Below the pieces are notes generated by a model. That model ran no database searches. It was not told where the DNA came from and saw only the letters and a list, made by a program, of their open reading frames with translations. Below are positions 20,965-29,774 of a stretch of DNA of 32,000 nt, piece by piece (position 1 is the stretch's first letter; each line of letters begins with the position of its first letter). The position numbers and the translations under genes are program-made. The stretch comes from Candidatus Saccharimonadota bacterium. Its GTDB lineage: Bacteria > Pseudomonadota > Gammaproteobacteria > Enterobacterales > Enterobacteriaceae. Location of the stretch: contig NZ_CP135009.1 of NCBI RefSeq assembly GCF_039383305.1, forward strand, positions 120,001 to 152,000. Direction: 5' to 3'.

Positions 20965-21114
20965 ATTTTTATCTTATATAAAATTTATACTGTAGATTTT
21001 ATAATTGTATTTAGAAAAAATTTTTATATTAAATTTTTTTGATTATATTTTTTTTAAAAAAAAAATATTTTTTTAAAAAAAATATTATTTATATTTTAAA
21101 AATTAAAAATTTTT

Positions 21115-21498
21115 TGGAGCTGGCGGGATTCGAACCCGCGTCCAAAAATATATTATTTTTTTTTGTTCTACATGTTTAGTTTACTTTTTTTTTCATTATC
21201 TAAAATTTAGTAAACAAAATTTTAGTAATAAATCTGATTTTTATTTTTTATATTTAGTATTAGAAAACTAAATACTTTTTTCTTGATTTTCTGTAACCTT
21301 TTATATTTTTCTTTTTTATACAAGAATAAAGATAAAAAAATAAAAAAGAAAAAAAGGGCTTTATAACAATTTTTAAGCTGCTAAAGCGTATTCCTGTTGT
21401 GTATTTGCGAATATAATTATATGGTTTTTTAACGAGGCAAACCAAATCCTCGACATGCTCAAAAAATTTATATATTCTGTCAATTCCAAAACAACCCC
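21115..21498 (-). ncRNA. ssrA: tmRNA (transfer-messenger RNA)
   Basis: The - strand reads 5' GGGGTTGTTTTGGAATTGACAG ... GGACGCGGGTTCGAATCCCGCCAGCTCCA 3'. The 7-bp acceptor stem includes the G3:U alanine identity pair, and a T-arm is present. The PK1 region GAGCATGTCGAGGATTTGGTTTGCCTCG resembles E. coli, as does ACTAAACATGTAGAAC near the 3' domain. CCA is not encoded. Confidence 0.9.
21373..21408 (-). other. tmRNA tag reading frame (resume codon GCA to TAA)
   Basis: The - strand reads GCA AAT ACA CAA CAG GAA TAC GCT TTA GCA GCT TAA, giving ANTQQEYALAA*. It has the canonical YALAA protease-recognition tail. Confidence 0.85.
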
Positions 21499-21765
21499 TT
21501 AATTAATATTAAAAGAATTTTAATATATTTTTAGATTTTACACAATATTTATATTTGTTTTTTAAAAAAAAATTATATAAAATATAAAAATTTTAAAAAA
21601 ATTTTCATAAAAATATTTATTTTAAGAATATAATTAAATATGTATTATTTTTTATTTAATTTTAATATAATATTTTAAATTTTTTAGTATAATAAATTTT
21701 ATTATATTTTTTTTAGTAAATATTTATTTTTTATATTTTTTAAATTTTATAGATGGATAGAAAAA

Positions 21766-22095
21766 ATGAAAAAAACTATTGCTCTTATTAAAAATCAAAT
21801 ACAAAAAAATTTAGTTTTATTGTATATGAAAGGTACTCCAGAATGTCCAAGTTGTGGTTTTTCTTCTCAAGTAGTTCAAATTTTGAAAAATTGTAAAATC
21901 AATTATACATTTGTTAATGTTTTAGATAATCTGAATATTCGAAAATATTTACCTCAATATTCGCAATGGCCTACTTTTCCACAATTATGGGTTAAAGGAG
22001 AATTACTTGGTGGCTGTAATATTATAGTAGAAATGTTTCAAACGGGAGAATTATTAAAAGTTTTTAAAAAATATAATGTTTTAAAGAAAGATTAG
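21766..22095 (+). CDS. grxD: Monothiol glutaredoxin (Grx4 family)
   Basis: 109 aa with the CGFS active site (PECPSCGFS). [19 protein letters not shown] is collinear with E. coli GrxD. It uses a TAG stop. Confidence 0.93.
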   Translation: MKKTIALIKNQIQKNLVLLYMKGTPECPSCGFSSQVVQILKNCKINYTFVNVLDNLNIRKYLPQYSQWPTFPQLWVKGELLGGCNIIVEMFQTGELLKVFKKYNVLKKD

Positions 22096-22748
22096 ATTTT
22101 TTTAAAATGATTAATATTAGGTGGCCATCCGCCTAATCTTTTCCAACGATTAACCAATTCACAAAATAATAAAGCAGTTTGTGTGGTATCATATAATGCT
22201 GAATGAGCTTGATTTGTGTCAAATGGAATCCCGGATATTTTACAAGCTTTAGCTAACACTGTTTGTCCTAAAATTAATCCACTTAAGGATGCTGTATCAA
22301 AAGTTGTAAATGGATGAAATGGATTTTTTGAAATTCCGGTTCTTTCTATAGCAGCCATTAAAAAAGTATGATCAAAATTGGCATTATGTGCTACAATAAT
22401 AGCTCTTTTGCAGTGATTTTTTTTAATTTCTTGATGAACTAATGTAAAAATTTTTTTTATTGCTTTATATTCACTGATTGCGCCTCGTAATGGATTAAAA
22501 GGATCAATTTTATTAAAAGCTACAGATTCGGCTTGTATTAGTGACCCTTTAAAAGGTTGGATATGAAAATGTAATTTTTCGTCTGGTTGTAACCATCCAT
22601 TTTCATTCATTTTTAATGTAATAATAGCTATTTCTAATAATGCATCAGTTTGAGCATGAAATCCAGCACTTTCAATATCAATTACTACAGGAAAAAATCC
22701 TCTAAATCTATAACATAATGAAAATTTTTTTTCATTTTTTATTGGCAT
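22092..22748 (-). CDS. rnt: Ribonuclease T
   Basis: 218 aa DEDD exonuclease. Matches include [54 protein letters not shown] and [10 protein letters not shown]. Confidence 0.95.
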   Translation of the reverse strand: MPIKNEKKFSLCYRFRGFFPVVIDIESAGFHAQTDALLEIAIITLKMNENGWLQPDEKLHFHIQPFKGSLIQAESVAFNKIDPFNPLRGAISEYKAIKKIFTLVHQEIKKNHCKRAIIVAHNANFDHTFLMAAIERTGISKNPFHPFTTFDTASLSGLILGQTVLAKACKISGIPFDTNQAHSALYDTTQTALLFCELVNRWKRLGGWPPNINHFKKI

Positions 22749-23315
22749 AATTTTCTCTTTTTTATATTTTTTTTTTAAAAAAAATAATTATATATATTTA
22801 ATGTATTTTAAAGAATTTTTAAATATAAAAAATATTTTATAAATTTAATATTATATTTCTTAGTATAAATCATTTTTTCAAAATCTAGATATATTTTAAA
22901 AAAAATTTATAAAGATTCTAAATATTATGTTAATTTTATTTTTGTATAATAATTTTAAATTTAATATTAATAAAAAATTAATAGTATTATATTTTATGAA
23001 ATATCATATAATATAATTAAAATATATTTTTTAATTTAAAAAAATATTTTTCATTAATATAATTTTTTATTTAATTTTTTAATATTTTTAAATAAATAAA
23101 ATTTAAAAAATAATTTAATATATTATATGAAGTATGTTTTATTTTTTAAAATTAATCATTAATTTTATATAAAATTGCTTAAATTTTATTTATTAAAAAT
23201 ATATAAAAAAGAGTTTTATAATTTTTTAATTATAAATATTTTTATAATTTTTTAAGATGTATTTAAATTTTTAAAAATTTTGGATGAAAAAGGTTTATTA
23301 TTGAAAGACATTAAA

Positions 23316-23882
23316 ATGATTGTAGGATTAGGAAATCCTTTAAAAAAATTTAAAAATACCCGACATAATATTGGAACTTTTTTTATATATTATATTTCAA
23401 AATTTTATCATGTTTCTTTAATTTTTAACAAAAAATTTTCAGGTTATACGGGAACATTAATATTAAATAATCATAAAATTCATTTATTTATTTCTGATAG
23501 TTTTATGAATATTAGTGGCATTTCTGTTTTTTTATATGCAAATTTTTATAAAATTCTTCCAGAAGAAATATTAGTTATTCGTGATGAATTAGATTTAAAA
23601 CCTGGTAGTTTGATAGTAAAATATAGTCAAGGTCATAATGGACATAATGGGATGAGAAATATTTTACAAATTTTTTCGAAAAATCATTTTTTTTTACAAA
23701 TGCATATTGGAATAGGTCGTCCGATATTTAAAAGTGAGATTTGTTCATATGTTTTAAAATATCCAACTTCTTTAGAAATAAAAAAAATTGATAGTGTTAT
23801 TAATAAATTTTTACCTTATTTATCTAATTTGATTTTTGGGAAATTATTAAAAACATCAAAAAAATTTTTTTTATCAATTTAA
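23316..23882 (+). CDS. pth: Peptidyl-tRNA hydrolase
   Basis: MIVGLGNP...TRHNIG matches the Pth N-terminus (E. coli MTIKLIVGLANP), so I prefer the ATG at 23316. The track TTG at 23280 adds 12 unconserved residues. GHNGMRN and IGIGRP are present. 188 aa. Confidence 0.9.
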   Translation: MIVGLGNPLKKFKNTRHNIGTFFIYYISKFYHVSLIFNKKFSGYTGTLILNNHKIHLFISDSFMNISGISVFLYANFYKILPEEILVIRDELDLKPGSLIVKYSQGHNGHNGMRNILQIFSKNHFFLQMHIGIGRPIFKSEICSYVLKYPTSLEIKKIDSVINKFLPYLSNLIFGKLLKTSKKFFLSI

Positions 23883-23938
23883 AATTTTTTAAAAAATATA
23901 AAAAAATATTCATAAAATCTTCTAATTGAGAAAATATC

Positions 23939-25027
23939 GTGGGTTTAAAATGTGGAATTGTAGGATTACCAAATGTTGGAAAATCTTTATTTTTTAATTT
24001 AATTACTGAATCAGAAGTAGCTTCAAAAAATTTTCCTTTTTGTACTATCAAACCTAATATTGGTTATTCTATTATTTTTGATCAGAGAGTTGAAGATATT
24101 TTTAAGATTATTCCTTCAAAAAAAAAAATTTTTTCTTATCTTGAAATTTATGATATTGCTGGATTAGTTAAAGGAGCTTCTCAAGGAGAAGGATTAGGTA
24201 ATCATTTTTTAGATAATATAAAAAAAACAGATGCCATTATTCATGTGGTAAGATGTTTTGTGGATGAAAAAATTACTCATATTTATGGAAGAATTGATCC
24301 AATAAAAGATATTGAAATTATTAATATAGAATTATTATTAGCGGATTTATCTCTTTGTAAAAATTTATTATTTCAAGTTAAAAAAAAAGTTTTAGAAAAT
24401 AAAAATTTTGAAGAAAAAATTAAAAAAATATTAAAACGTTGTTATTCTTGTTTAAAATCTGGAATTTTTTTATTTTTATTAAAATTTACAAATTTTGAAT
24501 TGAATATCATATCTAGATATGGTTTTTTAACTTTAAAGCCTACAGTATATCTTTTAAATATTTCAGAAGATAGAAAGAAAAACGTTTGTTTAAAAAAAGT
24601 ATTAAGCTTTATTAAAAAATTAAAATGTTTTTCTATAAAAATTAAATTATTTTTAGAAAAATTAGAAAATCAAAAAAATTTAAATAATTTTAAAAAAAAA
24701 GATTTGAGTTTTAAAAAATATAATAATTCTTTAAAAAAGATTGTACGTATAGGATATAAATTATTATTTTTAAAGACTTTTTTTACTGTAGGTATTAAAG
24801 AAATAAAAGCGTGGACTATTCATATTGATGCTACAGCAAAAGATGCTGCACATATGATACATAGTGATATTGGAAAAGGATTTATACGGGCTGAAATTAT
24901 TTCTTATCAAGATTTTATTAAATATAAGGGTAAAAATGGTGCTAAAAAATTCGGAAAGTTACGTTATGAAGGTAAAAAATATATTTTAAAAGATGGTGAC
25001 ATTGTTAATATTTTATTTCATATATAA
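23939..25027 (+). CDS. ychF: Ribosome-binding ATPase YchF (Obg-like)
   Basis: 362 aa with a GTG start. MGLKCGIVGLPNVGKS contains the P-loop. The C-terminal TGS-like block is AWTIHIDATAKDAAHMIHSDIGKGFIRAEII...GKKYILKDGDIVNILF. It is adjacent to pth, as in E. coli. Confidence 0.95.
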   Translation: MGLKCGIVGLPNVGKSLFFNLITESEVASKNFPFCTIKPNIGYSIIFDQRVEDIFKIIPSKKKIFSYLEIYDIAGLVKGASQGEGLGNHFLDNIKKTDAIIHVVRCFVDEKITHIYGRIDPIKDIEIINIELLLADLSLCKNLLFQVKKKVLENKNFEEKIKKILKRCYSCLKSGIFLFLLKFTNFELNIISRYGFLTLKPTVYLLNISEDRKKNVCLKKVLSFIKKLKCFSIKIKLFLEKLENQKNLNNFKKKDLSFKKYNNSLKKIVRIGYKLLFLKTFFTVGIKEIKAWTIHIDATAKDAAHMIHSDIGKGFIRAEIISYQDFIKYKGKNGAKKFGKLRYEGKKYILKDGDIVNILFHI

Positions 25028-25039
25028 ATTTTTTATTTT

Positions 25040-25070
25040 TTAGAGAGACATAATTCACCTGTCTCTCTAA
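25040..25070. terminator. Hairpin between convergent ychF and thrC (possible bidirectional terminator)
   Basis: An 11-bp perfect stem: TTAGAGAGACA (25040-25050) pairs with TGTCTCTCTAA (25060-25070), with a 9-nt loop. It is the only G/C-containing structure in the 57-bp spacer. No U-tract abuts the stem on either strand, so the function is uncertain. Confidence 0.45.
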
Positions 25071-25084
25071 GAATAATTATTTTT

Positions 25085-26377
25085 TTAAAATTTTTCTAAT
25101 AAAATTTTTTTTAATTTTTCAAAATTAGGTTTCATGAAATGAGATAACATTTTTTTTTTATTGTATTTTTTTAAAATTTCAGGTAATTTTAAATTTATTT
25201 TTAAAATATTTTCTACAATATTTTTAAATTTTGTTGGATGAGCTGTACCAAAAAATAAGCCATAATCTGTTTTTTTAATTTTTTTTTTTAATAAATAATA
25301 TGCAATTGCGGCATGTGGTTCTGAAATATATCCTAAATTATATAATTTTTTTAATGTATTTTTAGTATTTCTTTCTGAAACACTTCCGTATTTAAGTGAT
25401 TTTAGTGACCATTTTTTTTTTAGAAATAATTCTTTTACACGAGGCCAATTATTAGGGCGACTAATATCCATTGCATTTGAAATGGTAGAAATTGTTTTTT
25501 TAGGATTCCAAATTCCAGTTTTTAAAAAATTAGGAACTGTATTATTAGAATTTGTTGCAGCAATAAAATTTTTGATTGGTAATCCTAAAGATTTAGCTAA
25601 TAATCCTGCTGTTAAATTTCCAAAATTTCCACAAGGAACTGAAATAATTAATTTTTTATGGTATTCGAAGGGAGTTTTTGAAAATGCTTCAAAATAATAG
25701 CAAATTTGAGCTAATAATCGACTGATGTTAATGGAGTTTGCGGAAGTTAATATAATTTTTTTTTTTAAGTCTTGATCATTAAATGCTTTTTTTACAAGAT
25801 TTTGACAATCATCAAAACTTCCATTAATTGCAATAGTATAAATATTATTTCCTAACGTACAGAATAATTTTTCTTGAAGTGTGCTTATTTTTTTGTTTGG
25901 ATATAATATGATTACTCTTATGTTTTTCATTTTATAAAAAGCATGCGCCACAGCGGCTCCTGTATCCCCTGAAGTTGCTGTTAAAATGGTCATAGGAGTA
26001 TTTTTAACATTTAAAAATTGTAATATATTTGCCATGAATCTCGCTCCAAAATCTTTAAAAGCTAAAGTTGGACCGTGAAATAATTCTAAACATGCTATAT
26101 TTTTTGAAATAGATTTTAAAATTGGTTTTTGAAATGAAAAAGATTTTTTTACAATATTTTTTAGATCTTTTGAAGAAATTTCGTCATGAAGAAAATAAGA
26201 TAATATTTTTGTACTACGATCAATGAAATTTAGGTTCATAAGATCTGTTAATGTTTGAGTATTTAATTTTGGGAGTTCTAAAGGAAAAAATAATCCTTGT
26301 TTTTTTCCTAAACCTAATTGAACTGCTTTTGAAAAAGATACTTCTTCATGAGAATCTTTTAAATTGTATAATCTCAT
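25085..26377 (-). CDS. thrC: Threonine synthase
   Basis: 430 aa. The PLP-lysine motif is GPTLAFKDFG, and TSGDTGAA is present. It is collinear with E. coli ThrC and is the last gene of thrABC. Confidence 0.95.
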   Translation of the reverse strand: MRLYNLKDSHEEVSFSKAVQLGLGKKQGLFFPLELPKLNTQTLTDLMNLNFIDRSTKILSYFLHDEISSKDLKNIVKKSFSFQKPILKSISKNIACLELFHGPTLAFKDFGARFMANILQFLNVKNTPMTILTATSGDTGAAVAHAFYKMKNIRVIILYPNKKISTLQEKLFCTLGNNIYTIAINGSFDDCQNLVKKAFNDQDLKKKIILTSANSINISRLLAQICYYFEAFSKTPFEYHKKLIISVPCGNFGNLTAGLLAKSLGLPIKNFIAATNSNNTVPNFLKTGIWNPKKTISTISNAMDISRPNNWPRVKELFLKKKWSLKSLKYGSVSERNTKNTLKKLYNLGYISEPHAAIAYYLLKKKIKKTDYGLFFGTAHPTKFKNIVENILKINLKLPEILKKYNKKKMLSHFMKPNFEKLKKILLEKF

Positions 26378-26382
26378 TAATT

Positions 26383-27309
26383 TTACCTTAGTTGTATTGC
26401 GCCATTATTATTAATTTTACAAATATATACAAATCCTTTTTTATTTTCTAAAAAATTTTTTTTTAACCATATTTGGGAGATTTCTGCGATTTCAGAATTA
26501 TTACAGATTGAAAAAATTGTTGGTCCAGATCCAGAGATATGACATGTTTTAGCTCCTATTTTTAAAAGATTTTTTTTAACAATATCAAATTTTTTTAAGA
26601 GAGGTATTCGGTATGGTTCAGCAATTAAATCTTTCATCATTTTTAATGCTAATTTTTCTTGTTTAGTATATAAAGCATGAATAAAAGTAGATAAATTTCG
26701 ATTTTGTTGAACGCAAATTTCTCTAGAATATCTGTGAGGTAAAATATCGCGAGAAATTGATGTAGATAATTGAACACCAGGCCAAGCAATAATCCATAAC
26801 CAATTTTTAAATATAGGAATTTTCTGACTAATTTTTTTTTTATTAATAATAAGTTGTACTCCCCCTAAAAAACTAGGAGAAACGTTATCATAATGTATAC
26901 TTCCTGAAATGTATCCTTCTAATTTTCCCATAATTTTTAATAATTTTTTTTTGGATAATTTTGTTTCAAAAAATTTATTTAATGCTAGAGTACTAGCGAC
27001 TATTGAAGAAGCACTGGATCCTAATCCAGATCCTATTGGTAAATTTTTTTCTAAAATAATTGTAATTGGAATTTTTTTTTTTAATATTTTACAAAAAATT
27101 TTCCAAGTTTTATAAATAATATTTTTTTGAAAATTTTTAGGTAATTGATAAGAAAATTCTCCAATATTATAGATTTCTAATTTATTTGATGGTTTAATTG
27201 TTACGCAGTCACCTAGTAAAGAATTATTTATTGGGGTAATAGCGGCACCAAGAATGTCAAATCCTACACCAATATTTCCAATAGAAGCAGGCGCATAAAT
27301 TTTTATCAT
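26383..27309 (-). CDS. thrB: Homoserine kinase
   Basis: 308 aa. Matches include MIKIYAPASIGNIGVGFDILGAA and the GHMP kinase motif PIGSGLGSSASS, followed by SGSGPT. It lies 5 bp from thrC. Confidence 0.95.
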   Translation of the reverse strand: MIKIYAPASIGNIGVGFDILGAAITPINNSLLGDCVTIKPSNKLEIYNIGEFSYQLPKNFQKNIIYKTWKIFCKILKKKIPITIILEKNLPIGSGLGSSASSIVASTLALNKFFETKLSKKKLLKIMGKLEGYISGSIHYDNVSPSFLGGVQLIINKKKISQKIPIFKNWLWIIAWPGVQLSTSISRDILPHRYSREICVQQNRNLSTFIHALYTKQEKLALKMMKDLIAEPYRIPLLKKFDIVKKNLLKIGAKTCHISGSGPTIFSICNNSEIAEISQIWLKKNFLENKKGFVYICKINNNGAIQLR

Positions 27310-27341
27310 GATTTTATAACATTCCTTTTTGAAAATTTCAG

Positions 27342-29774
27342 TTATATATTTAGTACATCTGAAAAAATTCCTGCAGCAGTAACATTTTTTCCTGCACCAT
27401 ATCCTCTTAAAATTAATGGAATAGGAGAATAATATTTAGTATAAAATATAAAAATATTTTCTCCATTTTTAATTTTATGTAAAGGATTTTTTTTTGAGAT
27501 ATATTTTATTTTTACTTTACAGGTTCCTTTATTTGTAATACTACCAACAAATCGGAGTACTTTTTTATTTTTTTGGGCTTTTTTATATTTTTTAAAAAAT
27601 AGAGAATCCAAAGTAGTAAGTTGTAGCATTACTTGTTTAATGTCTGTGAGTTTTAAAATTTCTTTAGGTAAAATTTTTTCTATTTTAATATCCGATAATT
27701 CTAAAGAGTATCCTATTTCACGAGCTATAATTAATAATTTTCTTGCGATGTCGATTCCAGATAAATCTTCACGTGGATCAGGTTCAGTGTAACCTAATTT
27801 TTTAGCATTTTTTACTGCTTTAGAAAAAGAGAAACCATTTTCTAATAGTCCAAATATATAGGACATAGAACCAGATAAAATACCATAAAATTTTTCTAAT
27901 TTATCTCCAGTTAATAATAGATTTTTTAAATTTTTGATAATAGGTAAACCGGCGCCTACATGAGTTTCATAAAAAAAATTTTTTTTATAGATAAAAGAAG
28001 TATTATGTATTTTTTGATATTCTGTAAAATTTATTGTATTAGATTTTTTATTAGCTGAAACAATATGAAATCCTTTTTTAAATATTTTAATATAATTTTT
28101 TGCAATTTCTAAACTAGATGTACAATCTACAAAAATAGGATTTGGGATATTAAAATCTTTTGGTAGATTTAAAATTTTTTTTAAATTAAATTTTTTTAGA
28201 GATTTTTTTTTAAAAATATGTAAATTACAGTTTTTAATATGATTTTGGTGAAAAAGAAATTTTTTTGAATTAGAAATTAAATGTACATAAATTTTTATAT
28301 TTTTTTTTTTTAAAGATTCTTTTTGTATGTTTATTTGTTTTAAAAGAGTTGACCCTATATTTCCAATGCCAATCAAAAAAATATGTATTTTTTTAATAGA
28401 CAAAAAAATATTATTATGTAAATTTTTAAAAATTTTTAAAAAATAAGAACTTTTTAAAATTATTAAAAATGAATAATTGTATAAATTATGAGAAATTTCA
28501 ATAATAAAATTTCTATATATTTGTATAGTTTCAAAAATTTTTTTAATAACATATTTTTTTTTGTAAAAATTAGAACTAATAATTGCAATTAAACTTAAGG
28601 AATTTTTTTCTTGGATGTATAATATTTTTTTTGTAGTTAATTCTTTAAAAAATATTTTTTTTAAAAATTTTAAAATTTTTAAGGAATTTTTTGTAGGAAT
28701 ATATATAAATATTTTTTTATATGTACGAGAAAATTTTAGAAAAAAAATTTTTATATTATGTTCATGTATTTCTTTTGTGACATAAGAAAAATATTTAAAA
28801 ATATTAGTTATATGAGAAATTTTAATAATAATTTGTGAAATATGATGAATATATGTAACTCCTTTAACAGTATCTTTTTTTTTAATTTTATTATTAATAA
28901 TAGTCCCTAAATTATTAGGATTATTAGTATTTTTAATGATACAGGAAATATTTTTTTTTTTTAAAGGAGAGATAGTTTGCGGGTGTAAAATTTTAGCTCC
29001 AAAAAAAGATAATTCTTGAGCTTCTTGATAGGATAAATGTTTTAAAAAAATTCCAGTAGAAAGTTTTTGTGGATCACAAGTATAAACACCATTTACATCA
29101 GTCCAAATTTCGCAATTTTTAGCATTTATACATACTGATAGAGCGGCAGCAGAATAATCTGATCCATTTCTTCCTAAAACAACTAATTTTTTTTTAAAAT
29201 TACCTGCAATGAATCCAGGCATTAATATAATATTTTTAGATGGTATTTTAAGTTTTAAGATATTTTTTTGAGAAATTCTTAAAATAATTTTAGATTTTAA
29301 ATAACTTCCAGTAGTAATAAAACTTTTTTCAGGACGAATAATGGTAATAGGAAATTTATAAGTACTTAAAATATTTTTCATGATGTCAACAGATATTTTT
29401 TCACCTATACTAATAATTTGAGCTTTAATAAAGTCTGGACATTTTTTTAAAGTTTTAATTTTTTGATATAAATTTTCTAAAAAATGACATCTTTTTTCAA
29501 GTTTAGTTTTTAAATTTTTATATTGAATAGTATTTTTTAAAATTTTTATAGAATTAATAATTTTTATACAAAAAAAATAAATATATTCAGTATTTTTTTT
29601 TTTTTTTTGAAAAGTTTCAGGAATAGAATTTACTAAAAAGTTTGTAAGTGTAGCAGGAGCAGATAAAACAACACAAATTTGTTCTTTTTGGATTTTTTTT
29701 AATATAATTTGAGAAACGATTTCAAATTTTTTTGCATTAGCAAGTGAAGTACCCCCAAATTTTAAGACCCTCAT
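27342..29774 (-). CDS. thrA: Bifunctional aspartokinase I / homoserine dehydrogenase I
   Basis: 810 aa. Matches include MRVLKFGGTSLANA, LGRNGSDYSAAALS, CEIWTDVNGVYTCDP and the HSD Rossmann segment FLIGIGNIGSTLL. GYTEPDPREDLSGIDIARKLLIIARE and RGYGAG are also present. Confidence 0.95.
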   Translation of the reverse strand: MRVLKFGGTSLANAKKFEIVSQIILKKIQKEQICVVLSAPATLTNFLVNSIPETFQKKKKNTEYIYFFCIKIINSIKILKNTIQYKNLKTKLEKRCHFLENLYQKIKTLKKCPDFIKAQIISIGEKISVDIMKNILSTYKFPITIIRPEKSFITTGSYLKSKIILRISQKNILKLKIPSKNIILMPGFIAGNFKKKLVVLGRNGSDYSAAALSVCINAKNCEIWTDVNGVYTCDPQKLSTGIFLKHLSYQEAQELSFFGAKILHPQTISPLKKKNISCIIKNTNNPNNLGTIINNKIKKKDTVKGVTYIHHISQIIIKISHITNIFKYFSYVTKEIHEHNIKIFFLKFSRTYKKIFIYIPTKNSLKILKFLKKIFFKELTTKKILYIQEKNSLSLIAIISSNFYKKKYVIKKIFETIQIYRNFIIEISHNLYNYSFLIILKSSYFLKIFKNLHNNIFLSIKKIHIFLIGIGNIGSTLLKQINIQKESLKKKNIKIYVHLISNSKKFLFHQNHIKNCNLHIFKKKSLKKFNLKKILNLPKDFNIPNPIFVDCTSSLEIAKNYIKIFKKGFHIVSANKKSNTINFTEYQKIHNTSFIYKKNFFYETHVGAGLPIIKNLKNLLLTGDKLEKFYGILSGSMSYIFGLLENGFSFSKAVKNAKKLGYTEPDPREDLSGIDIARKLLIIAREIGYSLELSDIKIEKILPKEILKLTDIKQVMLQLTTLDSLFFKKYKKAQKNKKVLRFVGSITNKGTCKVKIKYISKKNPLHKIKNGENIFIFYTKYYSPIPLILRGYGAGKNVTAAGIFSDVLNI

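Noticed and set aside
21260-21445. A 61-aa ORF on the - strand.
   Set aside because: It falls entirely inside the tmRNA gene (21115-21498) and overlaps the tag reading frame region. It is an artefact of ORF calling over an RNA gene.
23280-23315. The upstream TTG start for pth given by the ORF track, which adds MDEKGLLLKDIK.
   Set aside because: The Pth family N-terminus aligns with MIVGLGNP starting at the ATG at 23316. The extension is unconserved and relies on a rare start codon, so I kept 23316 as the start.
545-27115. Twelve short track ORFs nested antisense or out of frame inside large conserved genes: 545-736, 1300-1497, 1688-1876, 3366-3575, 10531-10743, 10744-10944, 12286-12477, 16411-16599, 19399-19608, 23824-24051, 25482-25697, 26909-27115.
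   Set aside because: Each lies wholly or largely within a confidently identified gene on the other strand or in another frame (19399-19608 extends from the gyrA 5' end into the upstream spacer). Their low-complexity Ile/Phe/Lys/Asn-rich translations resemble no family I recognise, and they lack Shine-Dalgarno-like sequences. They look like chance open frames.
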